Origin: Candidatus Omnitrophota bacterium
Lineage (GTDB): Bacteria > Omnitrophota > Gorgyraeia > JAGLLT01
DNA length: 64,000 bases
Reading direction: 5' to 3'
NCBI GenBank assembly: GCA_023140385.1
Contig: JAGLLT010000039.1
Span: 34,381 to 98,380 of the forward strand
A program made the translations under genes and the position numbers. Below, piece by piece: positions 48,622 to 56,254 of this stretch. The first letter of the stretch is position 1; the number at the start of each line of letters is the position of its first letter. The notes under the pieces were generated by a model. The model made no database searches. It was not told where the DNA came from and saw only the letters and a program-made list of their open reading frames with translations.

Positions 48622-49161
48622 ATGTCTAAAAAAGATAAAAAAGTGCTTGTTGGAATTTGCGGAGGTATAGCCTGTTATAAAGCGGCTGAACTGGTCAGGT
48701 CGCTAAGAAAGCAGGGCTATAGCGTAACCTGTCTGATGACTAAAGAGGCGGCTTGTTTTATTACCCCGCTCACGCTTCAGCATCTTTCCGGCAATAAAGT
48801 TTTTATTGACCTTTTTAAGCCGGCAGAAAATATTGAACCTGCTCATATCAGCCTGGCTGAGTGGGCCGGTAAAATTGTAATTATTCCGGCCACCTGCCAC
48901 ATAATAGCCAAGCTGGCCGCCGGCCTCTGTGATGATATTGTCTCCCTCACCGTTTTATCTTCATCTGCCCCAGTCTTGATTTGTCCGGCGATGCATGAGA
49001 AGATGTATAAAAAAGAGGTTACGGCCAAGAATATTGTTGTACTTAAAAAAAGAGGCTTTAAATTTGTCGGTCCCGTAAAAGGCGAGCTATTAAATGGAAA
49101 AAAGGCGATGGGCCGCCTTGAAAACCTCGACATTATCCTTAAAAGAATAAAGAGTCTGTAA
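48622..49161 (+). CDS. coaC: Phosphopantothenoylcysteine decarboxylase (stand-alone CoaC flavoprotein)
   Basis: KVLVGICGGIACYKAAELVR flavoprotein motif. Confidence 0.85.
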   Translation: MSKKDKKVLVGICGGIACYKAAELVRSLRKQGYSVTCLMTKEAACFITPLTLQHLSGNKVFIDLFKPAENIEPAHISLAEWAGKIVIIPATCHIIAKLAAGLCDDIVSLTVLSSSAPVLICPAMHEKMYKKEVTAKNIVVLKKRGFKFVGPVKGELLNGKKAMGRLENLDIILKRIKSL

Positions 49162-49162
49162 A

Positions 49163-49837
49163 ATGGCTTCCCAAACCCCCCTGAAGATTGTTATTACAGC
49201 AGGCCCGACCCGCGAACCCCTTGACGCGGTACGGTTTATGTCAAATTACTCAACCGGCACCATTGGCTATCAAATGGCAAGAGAGGCCATAAGGAGAGGC
49301 CATAAGGTTGTTCTTATAAGCGGGCCGGTCAGCCTTAAAGCACCTGAGAAGGCCATAGTGGTGAAGGTAGAGTCTGCCAGAGAAATGTATTTGGCGGTAA
49401 ACAAGCACTTTAAATTATGCCACTGCCTGATTATGTCAGCCGCCGTCTCAGACTACCGCCCCAAAAAAATTATTTCCGGCAAGTTAAAAAAGATAAGAAA
49501 GAACCTTTCTTTAGATTTAGTTCGTAACCCCGATATCCTTAAACAGCTGGCAAAGATAAAAAAAGATAGAATAACCGTAGGCTTTGCTCTTGAGGCCTCC
49601 AATCTTATCTCCAATGCTTCCAATAAGTTAAGAGAAAAAAACCTTGATTTAATTATAGCCAATAAAAAAACTAAAGGCCCAAGCCCCTTTGGAAAAGAGA
49701 AGCCGAGCGGTTTTTTTATAGATAACAGGCTAAAAGCCGAAAGATTTACCAAAATCCCGAAAAAAGCGCTGGCCGGCCTGATTATTGACAAAGTCGAAAA
49801 GTTATGGTATACTTATCACAGAAGTAAAAGGGGATAA
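49163..49837 (+). CDS. coaB: Phosphopantothenate-cysteine ligase (stand-alone CoaB)
   Basis: ITAGPTREPLDAVRFMSNYSTGTIG, the CoaB signature. Confidence 0.85.
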   Translation: MASQTPLKIVITAGPTREPLDAVRFMSNYSTGTIGYQMAREAIRRGHKVVLISGPVSLKAPEKAIVVKVESAREMYLAVNKHFKLCHCLIMSAAVSDYRPKKIISGKLKKIRKNLSLDLVRNPDILKQLAKIKKDRITVGFALEASNLISNASNKLREKNLDLIIANKKTKGPSPFGKEKPSGFFIDNRLKAERFTKIPKKALAGLIIDKVEKLWYTYHRSKRG

Positions 49838-49959
49838 GTGGGTAGGGCGAAACGCCTGAAAAGGTGAAGTTTGCCCTGGTAAAAGTATTAATTATGTCCT
49901 CTTTTGCGGGTTTAAGAAGGCATAGTAGATATAGACCAATGGGAAAGGAGGTGAAGAAG

Positions 49960-50373
49960 ATGAGAAAGGCAAAAGGTTTTACTCTTGTTGAGCTAATGAT
50001 TGTTATGGTCATTATAGGTATTTTACTTAGCTTACTGCTTCCAGGTGTATTTACCGCCCAAAAATCAGCTGTTGATACACAGACTGCCAGCAACCTGCGT
50101 CAGATAGGCATAGCTCTTTTTGCTTATGCTAAAGATAACAACGGGACTTTACCAAAATGCGCAGCAGATGCTCTAGACGATGTTCTGGTAACCGACTATC
50201 TGGATGATGCTAGCGTTTTTTTAAATGGAGATGGTATCGAAATGAATTATAAGCAAATCACCGGCCCTAACTTATACGCCCTGACTTCAGGTACTTGGCT
50301 AATGGCTGATGATGATACTAACGGAAGTAATCAGTGTGTTTGTGCTGATGGCCATGTGGCAGTAAGTAATTAG
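49960..50373 (+). CDS. Prepilin-type N-terminal domain protein with C-terminal ...ADGHV motif (DUF1559 / H-X9-DG-family-like)
   Basis: AAAGGAGGTG RBS. MRKAKG|FTLVELMIVMVIIGIL prepilin motif. The C-terminus is SNQCVCADGHVAVSN*. Confidence 0.55.
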   Translation: MRKAKGFTLVELMIVMVIIGILLSLLLPGVFTAQKSAVDTQTASNLRQIGIALFAYAKDNNGTLPKCAADALDDVLVTDYLDDASVFLNGDGIEMNYKQITGPNLYALTSGTWLMADDDTNGSNQCVCADGHVAVSN

Positions 50374-50408
50374 TAAGGTATTGGAGTGACGTGGTGATCT
50401 AAGATAAA

Positions 50409-50447
50409 AGAGCACTTAAGTGTTTTAAAATTAAGTGCTCTTTTATT
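50409..50447 (+). terminator. Intrinsic terminator (agagcacttaa / ttaagtgctct + tttatt)
   Basis: 11-bp perfect stem followed by a T-run. Confidence 0.7.
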
Positions 50448-50493
50448 AAGGGGGAGTAAGTTTAACCTTTAATTCAGATGAAAAGGTTGTAAG

Positions 50494-50904
50494 ATGTACT
50501 TATCAAAAAGGCGGGCGGGATTTACCTTAATTGAGCTGATGATTGTTATTACCATCATATCCATACTTATCGGGCTCATACTTACAGGCCTTTTTCAAGG
50601 GCAGGTACAGGCGGTTAAGATAAATGTTAGTAACAACTTAAGGCAGTGCGCTATAGGTATTTACGCCTATAGCAGAGACCATGCCGGCCAATGTCCGGGC
50701 AGTTGGGATGAGCTGACAGGCGGAAGTGCACCTTATCTGGATACCGTTAAGGTTACTAAAAATATTACCGGTGATGACTTTGTCCTTGACTGTGCCGGTG
50801 ATAATATGTATAAGATGGAATTAAGCGAGCCGTTAGCCAGTGATGTCAACGGAGCCAAACCAACCAATTTATACGTTTACGGTGACGGCCACGTAGGGCG
50901 GTAG
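50494..50904 (+). CDS. Prepilin-type N-terminal domain protein with C-terminal ...GDGHV motif, paralog
   Basis: KRRAG|FTLIELMIVITIISIL prepilin motif. The C-terminus is TNLYVYGDGHVGR*. Confidence 0.55.
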   Translation: MYLSKRRAGFTLIELMIVITIISILIGLILTGLFQGQVQAVKINVSNNLRQCAIGIYAYSRDHAGQCPGSWDELTGGSAPYLDTVKVTKNITGDDFVLDCAGDNMYKMELSEPLASDVNGAKPTNLYVYGDGHVGR

Positions 50905-50971
50905 TTGATTATTATACAGACTTTGAGAATTTTTGAATTCAAACTATGGCATAAAAAATGGTAGTTTATGA

Positions 50972-51014
50972 GAAGCTTTCCCTGCATCATAATCGGGAAA
51001 GCTTCGTTTTTTTG
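50972..51014 (+). terminator. Strong intrinsic terminator (gaagctttccc / gggaaagcttc + gttttttttg)
   Basis: 11-bp stem, 12-nt loop and a T-run. Confidence 0.75.
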
Positions 51015-51079
51015 CTTGACTTTTGTGCTTATAGTGATAGATTGTAAAAAAGTGTTGTATAAAAGTCTTTATAGACTTT

Positions 51080-51154
51080 GGCGGCGTAGCCAAGCGGTAA
51101 GGCAGTGGTCTGCAAAACCATTATTCAGCGGTTCGAGTCCGCTCGCCGCCTCCA
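51080..51154 (+). tRNA. tRNA-Cys (anticodon GCA), CCA-encoded
   Basis: Cloverleaf derived by hand. Acceptor stem ggcggcg/cgccgcc. Anticodon loop cuGCAaa. T-arm agcgg-ttcgagt-ccgct. Confidence 0.85.
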
Positions 51155-51462
51155 GCCGTCGCTCCTACGGAGCTATGGCTGGCAGGCCAGCCTACATTAA
51201 AGTTACAGCTGGCAGGCCCAGCCTGTATTGAAGCTATGATTGGCAGGTCAGTGTTTACGTTGAAGTTTTTTATCCGTTGCAATTGACATAGAAACAAAGG
51301 TGGGTTTGCGTTATATTTAACAGTAAAAGCGGGTTTAATTGTAGCTAGTAGTAAAAGCGGGTTTATCAGTTGAAGTTTATTTCTAAAGTAAAAGCAGGTT
51401 TATCTGTTATGGTTTATTTCTAAAGTAAAAGCGGGCCTGCCCGCCGTAGCTTTAGCGAAGGC
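51155..51462. repeat. tRNA-flanking modular repeats: a 38-nt post-tRNA block, ~31-nt decaying tandem repeats (ctggcaggccagcct...) and 37-nt tandem units beginning gtaaaagc
   Basis: The 38-mer gccgtcgctcctacggagctatggctggcaggccagcc is identical at 51155-51192 and 51550-51587. gtaaaagc occurs at 51351, 51388 and 51425 with 37-nt phase, and the tRNA begins one period later. Confidence 0.55.
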
Positions 51463-51549
51463 GGGCGAGTGGTGGAATGGCAGACACGTGGGACTTAAAA
51501 TCCCATGGCTGAATAAGCCGTGTGGGTTCGACTCCCACCTCGCCCACCA
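51463..51549 (+). tRNA. tRNA-Leu (anticodon TAA), long variable arm, CCA-encoded
   Basis: Acceptor stem gggcgag/ctcgccc. Anticodon loop cuUAAaa. Variable stem ggct/agcc. T-arm gtggg-ttcgact-cccac. Confidence 0.85.
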
Positions 51550-51732
51550 GCCGTCGCTCCTACGGAGCTATGGCTGGCAGGCCAGCCCGCACACCTTATG
51601 AACCTTTTTATCCGTTGAAGCTGGAAACAAAAAGGTGGGCTTAAGTTGTAGCTAACAGTAAAAGCAGGTTTATCTGTTATGGTTTATTTCTAAAGTAAAA
51701 GCGGGCCTGCCCGCCGTAGCTTTAGCGAAGGC
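51550..51732. repeat. Second copy of the tRNA-flanking module (38-nt post-tRNA block plus two 37-nt gtaaaagc units and a GC hairpin pre-tRNA block)
   Basis: 51640-51732 is nearly identical to 51378-51462. Confidence 0.55.
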
Positions 51733-51809
51733 GGGCGGTTGGCGCAGTTGGTTAGCGCGCCACGTTGACATCGTGGAGGTCACTGGTTCGAATCCAGTAC
51801 CGCCCACCA
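51733..51809 (+). tRNA. tRNA-Val (anticodon GAC), CCA-encoded
   Basis: Acceptor stem gggcggt/accgccc. Anticodon loop uuGACau. T-arm actgg-ttcgaat-ccagt. Confidence 0.85.
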
Positions 51810-51917
51810 CCCTACTACTCACAACATAATAGTTGTTCGAGTACAGTGCGCGGCACCGAACTAACTACGTTGAGTTTTGTAGTGGGTATTAACAGGGTTG
51901 GAATTTAAGGACTAATT

Positions 51918-53624
51918 ATGGATTTAAATGTACTAAGGCATAGCACTTCTCATATTCTGGCGCAGGCGGTGAAGAGCCTCTATCCGGGGGTTAAGTTGGG
52001 TATTGGGCCGTCTATTGAAAATGGGTTTTATTATGATTTTGATTTCAAAGAACCCTTGAGGCAGGATGACCTTTCTCGCGTTGAAGAGAAGATGAAGGAG
52101 ATTATAAAAAAGGAGTATAAATTCGAAAGGGAAGCCCTTTCTAAAGAGGAGGCCCTCAAGCTCTTTAAAGGCTTGAAGGAAGCCTATAAGCTGGAACTGA
52201 TAGAGGAACTTGGCGATGAGGAAATATCGGTCTATAAAAACGGAGACTTTGTTGATTTATGTAAAGGCCCGCACCTAGAGTCAACCGGCCAAATTAAACA
52301 TTTTAAACTTTTGAGCGTAGCCGGAGCTTACTGGAGAGGGAATGAGAAAAATGCTCAGCTTACCAGAATATACGGAACGGCCTTTGACACAAAGAGTGAG
52401 TTAAAAGAACATCTTAAAAGAGTTGAGGAGGCCAAAAAGCGGGATCACAGAAAAGGAGCCTCTTTAGGATATTTTAGTATGCATCAGGAGGTAGGGCCGG
52501 GCCTTGTTGTATATCATCCCAAGGGAGCTCTTTTAAGAAACATCATTGAAGATTATTTAAAAAAAGAGCATTTGGCGAGAGATTATCAAATGGTTTTAGG
52601 GCCGCATATTATGAAGTCCGACATCTGGAAGACATCAGGCCACTATGAGTTTTATCGGGAAAATATGTACTTTTTTGAGATAGACGGACAGGAGTACGCG
52701 GTTAAGCCTATGAACTGCCCCGCGCATATTCTGGTCTATGCCGCGAGGATTAGAAGCTACAATGAGCTACCGATAAGGTTTTTTGAGCTGGGCACAGTCT
52801 ACCGTCATGAAAAGTCAGGCGTCTTGCACGGGTTGATGAGGGCCAGAGGCTTTACTCAGGATGACTCTCATATCTTCTGCACCAAAGAACATCTGCGGGA
52901 TGAGATAACAGGTGTTATTGACTTTGTAAAAAGCACAATGAAGGACTTTGGCTTTAGCCAATATGAGTATGAGTTAAGCACCAGGCCTAAAGAGTATATT
53001 GGGAATTTAGAGGATTGGGAGGCGGCAGAAACGGCCCTGAAGAGCTCTCTTGACTCTGAAGGTGAAAAGTATGAAGTCAATGAAGGAGAGGGCGCTTTTT
53101 ACGGCCCTAAGATAGACATAAAAATAAAGGACTCACTCGGCAGGCCCTGGCAGTGCGCGACCATTCAGTGCGACTTTGCCCTGCCGGAGAGGTTTAATTT
53201 GGCTTACATTGGCAGCGACGGCAAAAAGTATCGGCCGGTAATGCTTCACAGAGTTATCTTGGGAAGCCTGGAGAGATTTATCGGAATTTTGCTTGAGCAC
53301 TATGACTTTGCCCTGCCGGTGTGGTTGGCGCCGGCGCAGGTGAGAATTTTAGCGGTTACCTCAAGAGCTGAAGATTACGCGCTAAGCTTAAAGGCGGAAC
53401 TCCGCGGCGGACTAAGGGTTGACGTGGACCCGCGCAATGAAACTCTGGGCAGCAAAATAAGAAGAGCTCAGGAGGAAAAGATTCCTTATATGTGTATCGT
53501 CGGTGATAAAGAAAAGGAGGCGCGCAAGGTATCGGTTCGAAAAAGAGGTAATGAACAGTTAGGAGTAATGACTGTCGAAGATTTTAAAAAAATAGTAATG
53601 GAAGACATTAGAAACAAGTCTTAA
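51918..53624 (+). CDS. thrS: Threonyl-tRNA synthetase (lacks the N-terminal TGS domain)
   Basis: It begins at the editing domain (RHSTSHILAQA). Class II motifs and a C-terminal anticodon-binding domain are present. An in-frame stop lies 4 codons upstream of the ATG. Confidence 0.9.
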   Translation: MDLNVLRHSTSHILAQAVKSLYPGVKLGIGPSIENGFYYDFDFKEPLRQDDLSRVEEKMKEIIKKEYKFEREALSKEEALKLFKGLKEAYKLELIEELGDEEISVYKNGDFVDLCKGPHLESTGQIKHFKLLSVAGAYWRGNEKNAQLTRIYGTAFDTKSELKEHLKRVEEAKKRDHRKGASLGYFSMHQEVGPGLVVYHPKGALLRNIIEDYLKKEHLARDYQMVLGPHIMKSDIWKTSGHYEFYRENMYFFEIDGQEYAVKPMNCPAHILVYAARIRSYNELPIRFFELGTVYRHEKSGVLHGLMRARGFTQDDSHIFCTKEHLRDEITGVIDFVKSTMKDFGFSQYEYELSTRPKEYIGNLEDWEAAETALKSSLDSEGEKYEVNEGEGAFYGPKIDIKIKDSLGRPWQCATIQCDFALPERFNLAYIGSDGKKYRPVMLHRVILGSLERFIGILLEHYDFALPVWLAPAQVRILAVTSRAEDYALSLKAELRGGLRVDVDPRNETLGSKIRRAQEEKIPYMCIVGDKEKEARKVSVRKRGNEQLGVMTVEDFKKIVMEDIRNKS

Positions 53625-53697
53625 GTTTTAAATTTTTGATTTGTACTTAAGACTTATAACTGACAGTCCGCGGCTGTCATAAGGAGGTGCGTGACTT

Positions 53698-54204
53698 ATT
53701 TCCAAAGAAGCGAGAATAAATGAGTTTATCAGGGTTCGCCAGGTAAGAGTTGTAGGCAAGGATGGTGAGCAGGCAGGTATAATGCTTATCGAGGATGCCT
53801 TGAAGACGGCGGAAGAGAATGGACTTGATTTGGTAGAGGTGGCTCCTTCGGCCGCTCCGCCGGTGTGTAGAATAATGGACTACTCAAAATATAAATATGA
53901 GCAGTCCAAAAGAGCCAAAGAGGCCAGGAAAAAACAGAAAGTTATTGAGATAAAGGAAATAAAATTTAAGCCGAAAATTGAAGAACATGATTATCAGGTA
54001 AAATTAGCCCACGCGATCAAGTTTTTGAAAAAGGGAGACAGGATAAAGGTTGCCCTGAGGTTCCGCGGCAGAGAGGTAACCCATCCGGAAATAGGCCGGC
54101 AGCTGCTTGATAGATTTGTTAATGATACTAAAGAGTGCAGTGAAGTTGCCAGGCGGCCTGCCCAAATGGGAAAAACTATTATTATGTATTTAGATCCTAA
54201 ATAA
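53698..54204 (+). CDS. infC: Translation initiation factor IF-3 with a non-canonical AUU start codon
   Basis: AAGGAGGTG RBS lies 8 nt before ATT 53698. Translation is (M)SKEARINEFIRVRQVRVVGKDGEQAGIM...PPVCRIMDY. The track ORF (53782) is missing the conserved N-terminus. Confidence 0.85.
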   Translation: MSKEARINEFIRVRQVRVVGKDGEQAGIMLIEDALKTAEENGLDLVEVAPSAAPPVCRIMDYSKYKYEQSKRAKEARKKQKVIEIKEIKFKPKIEEHDYQVKLAHAIKFLKKGDRIKVALRFRGREVTHPEIGRQLLDRFVNDTKECSEVARRPAQMGKTIIMYLDPK

Positions 54205-54298
54205 TTAATTTTAAAAGAACAAATGTAGAAAGCGAATTTTTTTATTTTTTTGTATTTTTATATTTGATTTTAGGTAAAAGGAGAAAGGATAAAATAGT

Positions 54299-54496
54299 AT
54301 GCCCAAGTTAAAAACCAACAAAGGAGTGGCCAAGCGTTTTAAGCTTACCAAGAGCGGTAAGGTTAAAAGGAACAAAGCCGGCCACAGCCATATTCTGGCC
54401 AAAAAAAGCAGAAAAAGAAAAAGGAACCTGCGGCAGGCCGGATTAGTGGATAAGAAGGATGAGAAGAAGCTTAAAAGGCTTATGCCTTATAGTTAA
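54299..54496 (+). CDS. rpmI: 50S ribosomal protein L35
   Basis: [24 protein letters not shown]. Confidence 0.9.
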   Translation: MPKLKTNKGVAKRFKLTKSGKVKRNKAGHSHILAKKSRKRKRNLRQAGLVDKKDEKKLKRLMPYS

Positions 54497-54572
54497 GCGA
54501 AGAATAGAGCATAGAAGTCAAATGATAAGTGCCCGATGTCCAATTTTTGAAAAAAAGTAAGGAGAGTGTAGT

Positions 54573-54926
54573 ATGCCAAGAGTTAAACATGCGCCAGCAT
54601 CCGCAAAAAGAAGAAAAAAGGTTCTAAAGGCAGCCAAGGGTGCCCGCGGCGGAAGGAGTAAGCTCCTGCGTACGGCTAAAGAAACTGTTCAGAAAGGTTT
54701 GAGTTATGCCTACAGGGACCGCAAAGCGAAGAAAAGAGACTATAGGGTTTTGTGGATTACCCGAATAACGGCCGGCTGTAAAAAGTACGATATTTTGTAT
54801 TCCAGGTTTATCAAAGGTTTGAAAAAAGCCAAAATTGAGCTTAATAGAAAGATGCTTTCAGAACTGGCAGCTACTGATGATAATGCCTTTAGTAAACTTA
54901 TAAAACTGGTAAAAGAGGGTAAGTAG
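54573..54926 (+). CDS. rplT: 50S ribosomal protein L20
   Basis: MPRVKHAPASAKRRKKVLK... Confidence 0.9.
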   Translation: MPRVKHAPASAKRRKKVLKAAKGARGGRSKLLRTAKETVQKGLSYAYRDRKAKKRDYRVLWITRITAGCKKYDILYSRFIKGLKKAKIELNRKMLSELAATDDNAFSKLIKLVKEGK

Positions 54927-54932
54927 ATAATT

Positions 54933-55241
54933 GTGGATAAGGCTATAATTGTTGCTAAAATTAAGAGACAGCAGGCTGAAATCGCGGAGATGATAGCTCA
55001 GCTTGGAGAGGACAGAAGATTAAAGAACGTTCAGAAGATACTTGAGAAGAGGTATAGAGAAACAGGTCATTTGCTGGAGGCTTTGGGTGAAAAGAGCCAC
55101 ATTCCCAGGGGCGTTGTGGAACTGGATGCCGTAGATGAGCTGAAGAAAACTGATAAAAAGATTGAAAAGATTAAAGTTGGTTTAAAGAAAATAGAAAAAC
55201 TTGATAAAGAAAAAAAGAAAATTGAGAAGAGACTGAAATAG
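54933..55241 (+). CDS. Small coiled-coil hypothetical protein between rplT and pheS
   Basis: 102 aa, K/E-rich and helical. No recognisable motif. Confidence 0.3.
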   Translation: MDKAIIVAKIKRQQAEIAEMIAQLGEDRRLKNVQKILEKRYRETGHLLEALGEKSHIPRGVVELDAVDELKKTDKKIEKIKVGLKKIEKLDKEKKKIEKRLK

Positions 55242-56248
55242 TGTTAAAAGAATTAAAAAAAATTCAAAAGGAGGCCCTGGCAGGGCTGAATAAGGCCGGA
55301 GTTTTAGCAGAGATAGAAAAGATACGCGTGGGATATCTGGGCCGAAAAGGCAGGCTGACGGAGATTCTAAAGAGTTTGCGCAAGCTTCCGTCCGAGCAAA
55401 GGGCGCAGGTGGGTAAGCTGGCCAATGATATTAAGAATAAGCTTATGGCGGAGATAGAAGACCGGCTCAAAAAAATAGAAAGCCGGCCTCGCGGGGAGCG
55501 CGTTGACATAACCCTTCCGGGCATAGTTGCCGCCCATGGAAATAAACATCCGGTTACCCGGATTATAGATGAAATATGTGATATTTTTGTCAGCCTGGGG
55601 TTAAATGTTGTAGAAGGGCCGGAAGCGGAAAGAGAACGGTATAACTTTGAGGCACTGAATATTCCGCTTGATCATCCTTCCAGGGATGCCTTTGATACCT
55701 TTTATATTAAAGATGACCTGCTTTTGCGTTCCCACACCTCTCCGGTACAGATAAGAGTTATGGAGAAGGAAGAACCGCCGGTGGCCGTGATTGTTCCCGG
55801 CAAGGTATATAGACCTGATGCCGTTGATGCTACGCACTCATTTATGTTTCACCAGGTTGAAGGCCTGGTCATAGACAAAAACATTACTTTTTCCGACCTC
55901 AAAGGAACTCTTTCTTTTTTCGCGAACCGTATGTTTGGCGATTCAGTGAAGGTAAGATTCCGGCCTCATTTTTTTCCTTTTACGGAGCCGAGTGCCGATT
56001 TGGATATCAGTTGTATAATCTGCGGCGGCAAGGGTTGCCGCGTCTGTTCCCGAACCGGTTGGCTGGAAGTTATGGGAGCGGGCATGGTCGATCCTGAAGT
56101 TTTCAAAGCGGTCGGTTATAACTATGAAAAGTATAGCGGCTTTGCTTTTGGTATGGGCGTTGAGCGTATAGCTATGCTAAAGTACGGGGTTAACGACATC
56201 AGGTTATTTTTTGAGAACGACCTGAGATTTTTGAGGCAGTGGAGATAA
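55241..56248 (+). CDS. pheS: Phenylalanyl-tRNA synthetase alpha subunit
   Basis: Class II core with FRPHFFPFTEPS. About 335 aa. Confidence 0.9.
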   Translation: MLKELKKIQKEALAGLNKAGVLAEIEKIRVGYLGRKGRLTEILKSLRKLPSEQRAQVGKLANDIKNKLMAEIEDRLKKIESRPRGERVDITLPGIVAAHGNKHPVTRIIDEICDIFVSLGLNVVEGPEAERERYNFEALNIPLDHPSRDAFDTFYIKDDLLLRSHTSPVQIRVMEKEEPPVAVIVPGKVYRPDAVDATHSFMFHQVEGLVIDKNITFSDLKGTLSFFANRMFGDSVKVRFRPHFFPFTEPSADLDISCIICGGKGCRVCSRTGWLEVMGAGMVDPEVFKAVGYNYEKYSGFAFGMGVERIAMLKYGVNDIRLFFENDLRFLRQWR

Positions 56249-56254
56249 TTTTTT

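Noticed and set aside
50968-51231. + strand 87-aa ORF at 50968-51231
   Set aside because: It spans a strong intrinsic terminator hairpin and the whole tRNA-Cys gene, so it is not a protein gene.
51155-51732. CRISPR array hypothesis for the periodic repeats around the tRNAs
   Set aside because: The units are imperfect (37-nt and 31-nt, decaying), with no uniform unique spacers. No cas genes are nearby. The repeats are anchored to tRNA ends, so they are tRNA-flank modules instead.
53782-54204. ATG 53782 as the infC start
   Set aside because: The upstream in-frame sequence encodes the conserved IF3 N-terminus and reaches an RBS-preceded ATT at 53698.
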